A stretch of DNA of 64,000 nt from Felis catus (GCF_018350175.1 NC_058368.1:220970001-221034000); one strand, 5' to 3'; numbered from the stretch's first letter, positions 25,599 through 38,379 are shown. Program-made: numbers and translations. The notes: a model not told the origin generated them from the sequence alone.

Positions 25599-26668
25599 CA
25601 GGAACCCATGGGGGAGGGGAAGGAAAAAAAAAAAGAGGTTAGAGTGCGAGAGAGCCAAAGCATAAAAGACTGTTAAATACTGAGAACAAACTGAGGGTTG
25701 ATGGGGGGTGGGAGGGAGGAGAGGGTGGGGGATGGGTATTGAGGAGGGCACCTTTTGGGATGAGCACTGGGTGTTGTATGGAAACCAATTTGTCAATAAA
25801 TTTCATATATTAAAAAAAAATAAAAGAAGAAATGAATTTACAACTTAAAAAAAAAAAAAGTTGGAAAAGGCTGGAAAATGGATTATCCCTTAGAGCCGCC
25901 AAAAAGAAAAGCAGACCTCCTGACTTCTCGACTTCATCCCAGCTAGTCATGATGGTCTTTTCCCTCCATAACTCTAAGATAGTAAATTCTTATCACTTAA
26001 GTCATAAAGTTTGTGGTGATTTTTATGAGTGCCATCAAATAGTAATACAATATATAAAATTAAAACTCTACCTACAAATTGATACTGGGATCACTGACAG
26101 TTAAGAGAACTCATTTGCAAGTCCTATCACTACTTTGAAACATTAGGTTGCATGCTTATTCTTTTCAGATCATGAGATTTGAATTTATTCAAAGAAGGTG
26201 AGTTCTTTTTCAATTCCTGAGCAATTATGAATCTTCATTGCTTATTTTTCTAATTTGGCTTGAAGGACAAGTTAAGAGAAATATTAGACATAATGTTTCT
26301 TGCTTTCTTTTTCATCAAATGTTGTTGTTTTTTATGTTCAAATTATTATTTTATTTCTTCCTTGTCTTTAATTTGCTTTATTTTGAATGAACTTGAGCTT
26401 ATAATCTTTAAAATTCTGTTATACGGTATTATAGAATAAACTTAGATATATAATTTATTTGTGGTGATAACTGGCAGAGATATTTTCCTATTAAATTAGT
26501 TTGAAATATGGACTTGTGAACTAATAATACTGTGAATAATAAGAGTAATAAAAATTCATGTATCTGTGGTAATTAACTGGAAGCCCCAGAGGGATTCAGT
26601 AATAAGTGATGTAAAATTGTGTGACAAAAGAAGACCCAATGATTTCTTTGCTTTTAAAGAAGAGCTTC

Positions 26669-26885
26669 GGGGGTGCCTGAGTGGCTCAGTTGGTTAGGTG
26701 ACCAGCTTTGACTCAGGTCATGATCTCACAGTTCGTATGTTCGAGCCCCGCATCAGCACTGTGCTGATGGCTCAGAGACTGGAGACTGCTTTGGATTCTG
26801 TGTCTCCCTCTCTCTCTGCCCCCCCCCCCCAACTTGCACTGTCTCTCTCTCTCAAAATTAAACAGTAAAAAAAAAATTAAAAAAA
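26669..26885 (+). mobile_element. CAN-SINE
   Basis: Typical head, (CT)n, A tail; flanking 'aagagctt' duplicated. Confidence 0.93.
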
Positions 26886-26929
26886 GAGCTTTGGTTTTTG
26901 ACTACTATAGTAAACTATGAATGTTTACT

Positions 26930-27850
26930 ATTAACTAGGTTTCACTTATATACAATAAAACACACAAGTCCTAAGTGAGTCTTCAGTAATTGTTACGTAG
27001 GTAAAAACTCTTTCAATTGGTCTCCAGATTATGGTACAGAGCTGCTGCACCCCACAAGTATCCCACCTGGCCATTTCCAGTCAATACTTGTACACATCCC
27101 TCCACTCGATATAATCATTATTCTTAGTCTGTTTTTGTCCATGTTTTAAAATTTCTTATGGACAAAATCCTAATTACAGCATCTTTTCTCTCTGAAACTT
27201 TTAGTTAATAGTTTAATCTGTGTTTCTTCAACTAGAAATAGTTTGTTTTATGGATATATTAATTGCTGAAGAACAGGAAAAGTTTTCACTCTATTGTTAA
27301 TGGATATTTTTGGTTATTTCTAGTTTTGTCTATTGTAAATAAGACTTCTATGAACATTTTAATATACTTTGGGGGAGAATATATACAATGAATTCTCTTG
27401 AGTTTATATTAAGAGTAGAATTGCTCATCGTATAGTACGTTTATGCTTAGCTTTGGTAGATATGGCGAAACATTTTCTTAAAGTGATTTTTTTTACCAGT
27501 TTACACTTCTATTAGCAATGTGTCCAAGTTCCAGTTTTTCCTATATTTCCTAATATTGGAATTTCCAATTTTATTGGAAATATTGGAAATATTGGAAATT
27601 CCAATTTCCTGATATTGTAAGTCTTTAAAAAAAAACCTTTTAGTATTAGCTACTCTTATAGTCATACAGATTAGTCATACAGTCAAGAAGAAATATTCCT
27701 CGTGCTTTTTTTCTTGTGCTTTTAATTTGCATTTTCCTGATGATTCAGTGATGTTGGATACATTTACATATGCTCACTGACAATTTGTTAGTTTCTTTTG
27801 TGCATTGCCCATTCATGTGTTTTGCACATTTTTAAATTGAGTAGTTCATC
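26930..27850 (-). mobile_element. Old L1M 3' region remnant
   Basis: Antisense L1 motifs 'ttttaatttgcattttcctgatga', 'ccagtttacacttctattagcaatg'. Confidence 0.7.
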
Positions 27851-27879
27851 TTGAATACAGTTAAAAAAATAATAATCCA

Positions 27880-28100
27880 GGGGCACCTGGGTAGTCAGTT
27901 GGTTAAGTGGCTGACTCTTGATTTTGGCTTAGGTCATGATCTCACAGTTTGTGAGTTTGATCCTCACACTGGGCTCTGCACTGACCATGTGGGGTCTGCT
28001 TGAGATTCTCTCTCTCCCTCTCTCTCTGCCCCCCCCTCCCCTGCTCATGCTTTCTCAAAAATAAATAAACAAACATTGAAAAAATAAAATAAAATACAAA
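27880..28100 (+). mobile_element. CAN-SINE
   Basis: 'ggggcacctgggtagtcagttggttaag', (CT)n, A-rich tail. Confidence 0.92.
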
Positions 28101-28780
28101 ATAATATCCAATTTGAACTCTGTTTTTCCCTCCAAATAGCAGGAGGTAATAAAAATAACCACTATTTTAATTCGGAATTATACAGAACAAATATACAGAA
28201 CATAGTAATTTGATTAATATAATAAGACTCTTGAAATATAAATATTTTCATACCAAGAAACATAGAATAGATAAGAGTCATGGAATATAAGAAAAAAATC
28301 ACATATACACACATACACCTATTTATATCATCAGAGGCTTTAACACTAAGCTCCAACATATAAAACAGAAATAAATTTTGTTGCTTTGGTTGAGGTCTGA
28401 GGTGATACAGATCAGTGTTTGCTTGACTTCTCTTCCACAAGTAACACTTGAATTTCCAAAGCAGTGCTCTGTGCCTTGATGATTGGTATATTCATCATCA
28501 CTGCAACATCTTGTATAAAACCAAGTGTAATTAAGTCATAAACAAGAAACATACATATGGTTATAATCATTTGATTCTGGTTCCTATATGTAGACCATCT
28601 TCAGGGATCTGTGTGGCTGAAGGAAGGGGATTGTGAGATGAGAGATGATAACTGAGTATAAATAAAGGCAAATGGCAGATCATCTAGATCATGTAAAATA
28701 TGGGGGGGGGGGTGGATTATAAGTGAAGTAATTATGTGCTAATTAATGAATGTTTTGAATACTATGCTAGGTGTCTTGGT

Positions 28781-29010
28781 GGGGCACCTGGGTGGCTCAG
28801 TCGGTTAGGCATCTGACTTCGGCTCAGGTCATGATCTCATGGTTCGTGAGTTTGAACCCCGCATCAGGTTCTGTTCTGACAGCTCAGAGCCTGGAGCCTG
28901 CTTCAGGTTCTCTTTCTCCCGCTCTCTCTCTGTCCCTTCCCTGTTTGTGCTGTGTCCCAAAAATAAATAAATAAAAAATAAATATTTATAAATAAATAAA
29001 CATTAAAAAT
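28781..29010 (+). mobile_element. CAN-SINE
   Basis: 'ggggcacctgggtggctcagtcggttagg', AATA-repeat tail. Confidence 0.94.
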
Positions 29011-29039
29011 AATTTAAATATTTTTAGGGGCGTGGTGAG

Positions 29040-30560
29040 TATAGAGAAGGACCATTGAAAGTTTCTGTAAGGAAGCAACAGCCTGTACGTTGCAGTTTAG
29101 AATCATCACACTGGCATGGCTTGGATGACAGCAGATCTGGACATAGGGATATTGGTGAAGAAGCTATTATTAGAATATAAGGAAGAGAGAATACTGAATC
29201 ATCCAGAGTGTTGCCAGTCAGGCTGGGAAAAATAAAGCAAATTGAGATATGTTCATGAGTTAAAATTGTCTAAATATAATGAACGGTTGGTTGGTGGGTT
29301 GGATAAAGCTGACATAAATAGTTAATGATGGTGCTGGTAAATGAAGACAGAGAGTTTTTGGCAAGACAAGGGGAAATGAGAGAATTTAGCTAATTTTAAA
29401 AGGTTTCCAGTGAAATTTCTTATGAAGAAATTGGATATTGTAATCTGGAGGTTAAAAGAGAAGTATTAGATGGAAATAAAAGCTTAGAAATAATACATTG
29501 ATCATATCTCAAGCCACAAGAATAGATGAAAGTATCCAAGAGATTTTGTGTTTAAATATATATATATATATGTATATACATATACACATATATATGTGTA
29601 TACATATATATATGTATATATTTAATTCATAATGACATATATGATGAGAGTAAATACAACATGTTAAAGAAAAAGCAAGACCAGAATGGAGTATAGCAAG
29701 TTAGGTGAGCCAAAAGCTTGGATAGGTTAAAATACAGCCTGATCACATACCTACCATGTTATAAGTTTTGGATTTTATCTGCAGGATGTTATGAAAACTA
29801 TTGAAAGATTAAAAGCAGGATTCTGACAATATCTGATTTGCATTTTTATTTTATTTTTTTAATTAATTTTTTCTCATGTTTATTTATTTTTGAGAGAGAC
29901 ACAGAATGCAAGTGGGTTAGGGGCAGAGAGAGAGGGAGACCCAGAAGCAGAAGCAGGCTCCAGGCTCTGAGCTGTCAACACAGAGACTGACGGGGCTTGA
30001 ACTCACGAGCTGTGAGATCATGACCTCAGCCGAAGTCGGATGCTCAACTGACTGAGCCACCCAGGTACCCTTGCGTTTTAAAACAGTATTCTGGCTCTCG
30101 TCGCTTTGTAGAACATTGGAGGTACTGGCTGCATTATAAGCATTTTAGGAAAGTATCACCGTGTCCCAGGTGAGGGATGATAATTGAGAACAAAAGGATT
30201 AGTAATGGGAATGATATGAGATTCTGGATTTATCATAAAGGTAGAGCCAATATAACCTGTTGATAGACCTGTTACAGCATTTGTGAATTCTGGGGGTTAA
30301 TTCTGGGGTTTTGACTTTCTACTCAGAGGTCCTACATAAATGATAGTTGCACTGGAGGGCCTTGAGAAGAGCAGGATTGTTGGGAAAGTGGTATAATTAA
30401 AATTTAATTTTTAAATTCCTATTTTTTACCTCAGTGAAGATGTTAAAGAGGTAGTTGAATATATACAAATTTGGAACTTAATCAAGAGCTCTAGGCTGAT
30501 GGTATTAATTAGAGACTATATTTAGGAGTTTTTTAAAACCATGGGTCTGCAAGGTGACCC
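29040..30560 (-). mobile_element. Decayed L2 fragments
   Basis: Motifs 'ttttggattttatctgcagga', 'tatctgatttgcatttt', 'gtcccaggtgagggatgat'. Confidence 0.55.
29845..30070 (-). mobile_element. CAN-SINE
   Basis: Typical antisense SINE; flanking ttgc(a/g)tttt duplicated. Confidence 0.93.
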
Positions 30561-31898
30561 ATGAATTTGTAATGAATATGTATGAGAATAGGCATACATG
30601 GCTCTGGTGAAGAGAATAATACTGATCATGGTCGCACTATTTATTATTTATAGGACATAGAAAAAAAATATCTACCAATCTGACAAATATACCATTTGTT
30701 CTAGTATCTAAAAATTTAGCCCTATTTTCTAAACATTTGTGGGTTTACAGGAAGTGAATATATTGCAACGTGTTTAGTGCCCCCTATAAAATCTCCATCT
30801 AATATTTGGTTCTACTTTACTTTTTTTTGCAGGGGGTTGGGGGAGCGAACATACAGGACTCAGCACCTTCCCCCTGACCTTTTCTATCATTAATAACCAG
30901 TCTCAATGCTCTCACATACAGAATTTTCTAGGTGGTTCTCAGGAAGATTAAAATTTCTCACTGGTTATTCTGTAGATGATTGTATTTTATTATCAGTCCC
31001 CCTCAGAATTTCTTTTCCCACCTGAAGCAGTTTATCTAATTACTTCTTGAATACGCATACATTTTTTGAGGAATGCCTGTGTATTTTCAGACATATATTT
31101 TGACTAATATAAATGTGATTTTCACTCTTATTTGTGCCTGTGAAATCCTGTATTTGATATAGCTGTGCAATTAACATACAAAGTTTAGAAATTAAATCTA
31201 ATAAAAGTTAATTTCAACTGCTTTTTTTAACACATTTGAGGAGTTACTACATGATGAAATTTTAGAAAACAGGGAAGAGGAAATAAAAGGCAAAGCAGAT
31301 TTTATGGAATCACTTGAAGTTGTTTAAAAGGAGTTGATCTGAAATGCAGCTACTCAAAATACTGTCTCATAATTCAAGAACCAGTTATAGAGAGCATAAT
31401 TCAGTTTGACTGATAGTTCTGGTGATATGCCTCACTTACTCTTTGATAACAGTGAGCTAAAGAATGTCAAGAAGGAGGCTCCCTTTTTAATATATCATAT
31501 GTAATTTTAACTCTGGAACAAACACTAGTGCTGATTACCACTGTGCTCTGTGGTTATATGTTATTATTATATCATCTCTTAAGTGCAGTTCAGGAGACCA
31601 TTTACATAATGAACTCACTCATCTACTCCATCTAAATTAAATCCTCACTCCATTGTTACATTGTTACTGTCTTTATCTCAGAATATCTGCTACATCTTGT
31701 CTTTATTACTTTGACCATACTTCATATTTTAGTCGTTCCCTATTTCATGGTTTCTGTGTATCTGGACTTCATCCTGGAAGTATTCAACAATAATTTGGAG
31801 CTTAGATTAATCCTCTGCCATTTTTAGAGTGTATCTTACCTTCAGTGGTATAAGTTAAACTCTACTTGAGTTTAGTTTTTAAAATTGTAATTGCCATT

Positions 31899-32245
31899 AC
31901 TATTTTGGACTGATGTTTTTATCACCCAAAATATATGTGTTGAAACCCCGATTCCCAATGTGATTGTATGTAGAAGGAGGACTTTGGGGGGTAATTAGAT
32001 CATGAGAGTGAGGGCCTCATGATGGGATCACTGCCATTATTAGAAGAGACAGTAGAGAGTTTGATACTCTTCTCTCCTTCCACCATATGAGGATACATGG
32101 AGAAACCAGGAGGAGTGTTCTCACCAGACCCTAGATCTGCTTGTGATTTGATCTTAGACTTTCCAGACTCCAGAACTGTAAGAAATGTTTGTTGTTTAAG
32201 GTACCCATTTAATTATATTTTCTTATAGCAGCGCAGACTGAGACA
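31899..32245 (+). mobile_element. MaLR solo LTR (MLT1A/MST-like)
   Basis: 'gttgaaacccc..cccaatgtgat', 'ttgatcttagactttccagactccagaactgtaagaaa', ends 'atagcagc..actgagaca'. Confidence 0.75.
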
Positions 32246-32734
32246 CTGATGCTTCAGCATCACAGAGAGAACTTCCCTATGATCTTCAAAATGTGGAACT
32301 TAACCTTGGAAAGATTTATTCCTTCATATTTGTGAAATTTTTTTTTTTTGCGATTGAATTCACATACCATATGATTCATTCAAATTTTAAATGTACTACT
32401 TAAAAGTATACTACTCAGTGGTGTTTAGAATATTCACAAATTTGTGCATCTGTGCTCACAACCAGTTTTAGAACATTTGATTTGCTCCCAAAAGGAATCC
32501 TGGGCCACACAGCCATTGGGTCTATTAATAGGAGAAAACTAAAGCAGAGAAGTCACAACAAGACTGTGGGTTTTGAGTGTGGAAATGCAGTAAGCATTTT
32601 TTGATAGAGTTGCCAGGGAAGGCTGAGAAGATAGCTCTTAAGTCAAAGTTTGAAAGAGTTAAGCTAGTTGTGGCTTTTACTTAGAGTGAGATGGCTTTCA
32701 AAGCCATGGCCTTCTCTATAATCTTTTAAAACCA

Positions 32735-33587
32735 CAGTAAAACCTTGGATTGCGAGTAACTTGTTCTGCGAGTGTTCCACAAGACAAGCAAACAATTCTA
32801 ATACATTTTTTTTAACATTTATTTATTTTTGAGACAGAGAGAGACAGAGCAGGAACGGGGGAGGGTCAGAGAGAGGGAGACACAGAATCCGAAACAGGCT
32901 CCAGGCTCCGAGCTGTCAGCACAGAGCCCGACGTGGGGCTCGAACTCCCGGACCGCGAGATTGTGACCTGAGCCGAAGTCAGCCGCTTAACCGACTGAGC
33001 CACCCAGGTGCCCCAATTATAATAAATTTTAAGTTGACAAATGAGCAGTGTCTTGCAATATGAGTAGTACGTGACATCAAATGTCACATGATCACAAATG
33101 AACCTATAGTTCTCTCTGTCTCTCTCTCTCGCTACGTGATTGTGAGTGATCTTCAATGCAATGTCACACTCCTCTGAAATCATGAAAAGGAGGCAAAAGC
33201 AAGTGTCATTGGATAGGTTCCTTGTTAAACCTGCACAAAAAGCAAAAGATCCCATTGAGCCAACAGATAGCAGTGATTCAGTTAGTGATAGTGAAAGTCG
33301 TCCTACACAATAACCCTCCCCTCTCTTGTCTCCCTCACACCAGCCACGAAGATTTTCAAAGATAAGTGCACGTGAATTTGCTATTTTTCTTTCTATTTTG
33401 CATTTCCTTTATTATTTTGTATTATATTACAGTACTGTCATCATTTTTATATGTGTATTTTTGGGGTGTGGAATGAGTCATTTGAGTTTCCATTATTTCT
33501 TATGAGAAAATTTGCATGATATATAAGTGCTTTGGATTACAAGCATGTTTCTGGAACAAATTATGCTCACAAACTAAGGTTTTTCTG
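32735..33587 (+). mobile_element. Non-autonomous Tigger/pogo-type DNA transposon (about 630 bp net) with a nested SINE
   Basis: Imperfect terminal inverted repeats cagtaaaaccttggattgcgagt / actaaggtttttctg; internal transposase C-terminal remnant at ~33152-33313. Confidence 0.8.
32806..33014 (-). mobile_element. Felid CAN-SINE inside the Tigger-type element
   Basis: CpG-rich antisense SINE; imperfect TSD aattctaatacattt / aattataataaattt. Confidence 0.95.
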
Positions 33588-34346
33588 TCTTTTGGGTGTG
33601 GTGGTACCTGAAGATGTAAAGGGACTAAGTCTCACTATACTCTGAGCAAGGTGTCTTGTAATTACAGTTTTCTGATCTAGAAAGACTTGTTTTGATATTA
33701 AATAGGGAAATCTACTAAATACAGGTATCAATTGTAATAATAACAATAAAAACAGGCAATGTGGATATTAGCAGTGACCTCTTCTTATCTGTTTCTAGGA
33801 AAGACCCACCACCTGGTAGAGAGATGCCCACTCAAATAGGCTATCATCACAATTTCAGTTCTGCTTGTAACCTACTTTCAGTGGCTGATAAGGACCTGAC
33901 ATTTCCCTTCTCAGTAACTTCTGATATGGATGTTGAAAGTGGCTCTGTGATGGATAGCATGCAGAGAGGGATAGTTTATGCCCCAGATCATCTCATACTT
34001 GTTATCTCTTGCACATGAGTGGAGGGCACAAGATGAAAGAGGTTAACGTGCATGAACTGTCCTGGTAGAGCTTAATGAGCAGAATCTTTCTTTCCCTCTA
34101 ACTTCTAAGTGCCTGCAGCAATTATATTATCCTTGTGGTTATTCTTTTAAACATGTATACATATGATTTTGTGTGCAAAGAACAATTCTAAAGGAGTAAG
34201 GAACTGATAAGCAGTTGCCCATATAAAGGGCACTATGATTGTTCAAAGTTTCCAGTTTTAAATGTCTGTAGTATTCCCAAGGACTGCTTTCTTGTTTGTT
34301 TATACAATGCTATCACGAAATATGCATTAAAAATCTAGACATTGTT

Positions 34347-34507
34347 GGGGCACCTGGGTGTCTCAGTTGGTTAAGTGCCCAACTCTTGATTTCATCTCAG
34401 GTCATGATCTCACAGTTCATGAGTTCGAGCCCCACACTAGGCTCTGTGCTGATAATATGGAGCCTGCTTTGGGTTCTACCCCTCTCCCCCACCCCTCAAC
34501 TGCTTGT

Positions 34508-34548
<41 letters not shown>

Positions 34549-34575
34549 AATAAATAAATAAAGTGAAAAAAAAAT
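34347..34575 (+). mobile_element. CAN-SINE (first of a tandem pair)
   Basis: Typical head, (CT)n, tail. Confidence 0.92.
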
Positions 34576-34581
34576 ACCAGA

Positions 34582-34765
34582 GGAATGCCTGGATGGCTCA
34601 GTTCATTGAGTGTCCAATGGCTCGGGTCATGACCTCTTGGTTTATGAGTTTGAGCCCTGCGTTTGGTTCTGCGCTGGCAGCAGGGAGCCTGGTTGGGATT
34701 CTGTTCACTCCCTCTCTCTGCCCCTTCCTCACTTGTTCTCTTTCTGTCTCTCAAAACAAATAAAG
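34582..34765 (+). mobile_element. Older CAN-SINE (second of a tandem pair)
   Basis: 'ggaatgcctggatggctcagttc...gagtttgagccctg'. Confidence 0.88.
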
Positions 34766-34825
34766 AGGATATTCATTGATTTAAAACACAAAGCAAAACC
34801 AAACTACATATTGTTATGTATACCT

Positions 34826-34863
<38 letters not shown>

Positions 34864-34864
34864 C
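34826..34864. repeat. (AAC)n microsatellite
   Basis: Directly visible. Confidence 0.97.
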
Positions 34865-35789
34865 TTAGTAAAAGGAACAAGCATATACCCAGCACCAAGC
34901 TTAAGACAGAATATAAACCCTCCCCTTGAAGGCTCCTGGGTGCTACCTCAGAATGACTTTGATTTCCTGTCCCCCTTCAGTGGCAACCATTAATGCTAAA
35001 TGTTTTATGAATAATTCTCTAGGATTTCTTTATAATTTTTCATGTAGGTGTAAACATCACTATGCAATATATTTTTATTTTGTTTATTTTTTTACTGGTT
35101 TTAATATTTATATAAGTGGAGGCATACTAAGAGTATTTTTTATAATTTAATTTTGTACACATTGCCTTGATACTTATGTACAGACACACACACATATATA
35201 TGTGTATATGTATATATGCACTAAAATGGATCAAAGGAATATAAATATAGCATTTCTACTTGGCGTGTGTATGTATATAACTTTTATTTATACATTAAAA
35301 CAGTGCTGCGATAAATATTCATGCATGTTCCGGTGAGAATTGAGGTTCTCTTGGAATGGATGTCTGGATTTTATCATGATTCCTCTTTAGTTTGACTAGG
35401 CCATGCCAAAAAATGTTTTCCAAAAGTGATTTTAGCAAACTTGTACCATCATTAATTTATAAGATATATACTCTTTACATTTTGACATTGTCATATTGTT
35501 TTCAAAGAAACTTTAAGGTTTTTTTTTTTAAATCTGTTTGAGAAAGATAATAACACATTATGCAGAGGTCGAATTACCTAAATGCCATATGGTGGATCTT
35601 ACCTGTGAGATCGTAAGTTTTCACGATGCGAAATGACACAGAAATAAAACTCAACTCTATATTGCTGCTACTCCTCATCCTTTTTTTCCTGCTGCCCTAT
35701 TTGGGTTATTATGTAAAGAAATATGACTTTCTTTACTCTTCAACACAGTGCATGGAAAGAAAATTGTCATTGGCAAAGGAAAACATCCA

Positions 35790-35975
35790 TCTGAGTGAGA
35801 ATTCTCCTACCCTCGGGTGATCACCTAACCTTTCATTGACTCAGTCAGTTCATCTATAAAGGAAAAGTAAGAAAGCCTATTCATAATAATGGTTGTTGTA
35901 AACACTGAAGATATTGTACTCAGAAGTCTGGCAGAGTGCCTGATCCATTTTCAGCAGTTAATAAAAAGTAGTTAA
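35790..35975 (+). mobile_element. MIR remnant
   Basis: 'tcacctaacctttc..tgactcagt..ttcatctataaa' resembles the MIR core. Confidence 0.55.
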
Positions 35976-36791
35976 TGTTTTTATTGTGAGGACTTCATTT
36001 CTAAGACCTCAGTTCTTATTTTATACCTGTTAGCTTCTTCTATAATCTCTTGTTTCATTGCCCTTCACTGTCTGGTTTTGTATTATCATTCTACGGAGAG
36101 CTTCATCATTGGGTAAATTTTCCACTTTAGAGATTAAAAATGTCCTATTTTCATAACTGGCCTTCCTTTGAATAATGTATGTACAGCCCAAGTCCCGGTA
36201 TTTTCACGTTTGTCTTTCTTTTTCTGATTCATAGGTTTTTGTTGTTGTTGTTAACATAAAGTAATTGGCAGGAAAAAGTTCTCATTTTAAAGTGAGGAAA
36301 CTATCGTGGATACATTATGTAATTCTTGGAAGAGTAAAAGATAGTTGTTGGAACTTAGCTTTTTCTGTTGCATGAACAGTGGACCCTGCACTGAAATGGT
36401 GGGTCAAATAAGCCCCTCAAGAAGCAGCTCCAACTGACAGACGTTGCCTCTGAATACCTTGAACATCGTGTTTGGTCAAAATCATACAGTCTGGCCTGTA
36501 TCAACATAAAATGAAATTAAACTGCCAGGTTTCAGTTACTCCTGGTCATGTGTGAAAAACTGGTAGGAAGTGTTGTCAAAAGGCACTGGGAGGAGCCCAA
36601 GGGATCTTCTAGAAGAAAATACAGCCATATTTTCCTAAATCCAAAACAATGAGCTCAAGAGAGCATGAAACCCTAGTCACTGGGGCAGAATGTAGTTGCT
36701 AGTAGTTGGCTCCCGTACCCAGCCCCTTTGGTACCTGTGTGAGTCGTAAGGTAGGAGCTGACCAAAAAACGTATAGGCATTTATCTACTCA

Positions 36792-37013
36792 GGGGCGCCT
36801 GAATGGCTCAGTCAGTTAAATGTCCGACTCTTGGTTTTGGCTCAGGTCATGATCTCACGGTTTGTGAGTTTGAGCCCCATGTCATGCCCCGTGCTTACAC
36901 TGCAGAGCCTGCTTGGGATTCTCTCTCTCTTCCTCCCTCTCTGCCCCTCCCCACATTCTCCTCTCTTTCTCTCTCTCTCTTAAAATAAATAAACTTAAAA
37001 AATATGTATAAAA
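36792..37013 (+). mobile_element. CAN-SINE
   Basis: Typical structure; TSD attta(t/c)ctactca on both sides. Confidence 0.93.
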
Positions 37014-37889
37014 AGGAATTTACCTACTCAATATGTAGTAAATCACTGCAGAAGACATTGCTGTGTAGTCTTGAGGAAGATGTCAGAGCTGTACTCCATG
37101 AATCGGAAGGACTCTGAATGTGATGGGGAAAAAGCAGCTAAGGAGATCATGGGGTGAAGAATCGCGGTACTTGAGTTAGATGTGTCTTACTTCGTAATGC
37201 CCAGGGATACCTGGTGGAGAGTGTCCATATTTCTAAGGGACCAGAAGTGCTGGAGGCAAGCGTATGCGGTGAGCTAATTAAACTTCAGTTTGTGAAGTAA
37301 CTCCATTTATCTAGGAAAATTTGTGTTTACCTGGGCTACAGAGATTAGTGACATATTATAATTAGCCAATTCATATGTAATCAAAGGTCAACTGTTACAC
37401 TGCTATTTCTGACACCAAATTCCATATTTTAGGTGAACAGTTGCACTGAAACCAAAAAGAGCTACTTGTATCAATGTTTGTCAAAATTCATTCTCTGTTT
37501 CTATATTATGGTGGAAAGTCAAATAAGCCTAAGAACCACTACAAACTATTATAAAGTAAATTACCGACAATTCATAAATGTTAATTGAGAATTCAGAGTT
37601 AGAAATGAGCTTTCAAAATGTGGATTAATCAGAGATTCCGATGTACTTAAAACAAAGTCTATTGTTAAACATGCACACACTTACATTAATATTGGCTCAT
37701 TTTCAACTTAGAAGAAAGGAAGCACTTGTAAGACAATATGAAGTGAGACCTTCCATAGAAATTTAAGTTCAGGGGTTGCCTAGGAATGAAATTTGATCGA
37801 ATATCTGTTAGAATTAATTGACGAATAAATATGGTAATTATAATAGAAAATAGTAACATCAGCATTAGAAAATTTGGTAGGAACTTGAT

Positions 37890-38262
37890 ATTTGCTAAAT
37901 TATGACTCTCACAAATTCATATGTTGAAGCCCTAACTCCCAATTTGACTATCTTTGGAGACAGAGCCTTTAAGAGGTATTTAAGGTTAAATAAGGTCACC
38001 AGGTAAGGATTTAATCCAAAAGAACTGCTGTCCTTATGAAAGAAGAGGAGGAAAGACCAGATCTCTTTGTCTCCCCTCCACGTGAACACACAGGGAGAAG
38101 GTAGTCACCTGTAAGCCACAGAGAGAGCCGTCATCGGAAACAGACTATACTGGTGCCTTGATCTTGGATTGCCTAGCCTTCAGAACTCTCAGAAATAAAT
38201 TCCCCTTATTTAAGTCACCAAGTCTATGTTACTTTGCTATGGCACCCCAAGCAAACTAACAG
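37890..38262 (+). mobile_element. MaLR solo LTR (MLT1A/B-like)
   Basis: 'aaattcatatgttgaagccctaactccc', 'ccttgatcttggattgcctagccttcagaact', 'caaactaaca'. Confidence 0.8.
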
Positions 38263-38379
38263 AGAAATAAATTATTATAGAGAACACGATAAACATGTTT
38301 TCATACTAGAAAATGTTACAGGATTTACATATTAATAAATATACCACTATTGAATTTTAACAAAGCACAAGTCACTACT

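Larger units (their letters stand above)
19897..25855 (+). mobile_element. Full-length young felid LINE-1
   Basis: GC-rich 5'UTR, ORF1, ORF2, 3'UTR with G-rich tract, AATAAA, poly(A); 20-bp TSD aaaagttggaaaaggctgga at 19877-19896 and 25856-25875. Confidence 0.99.
19580..26049 (+). mobile_element. MLT1D-like MaLR solo LTR split by the full-length L1 (19580-19896 and 25856-26049)
   Basis: TG...CA termini, 5-bp TSD atata (19575-19579 and 26050-26054), motifs 'atatgttaccttacat', 'gatggggagattattctggattat'; similar to the copy at 56549. Confidence 0.8.
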
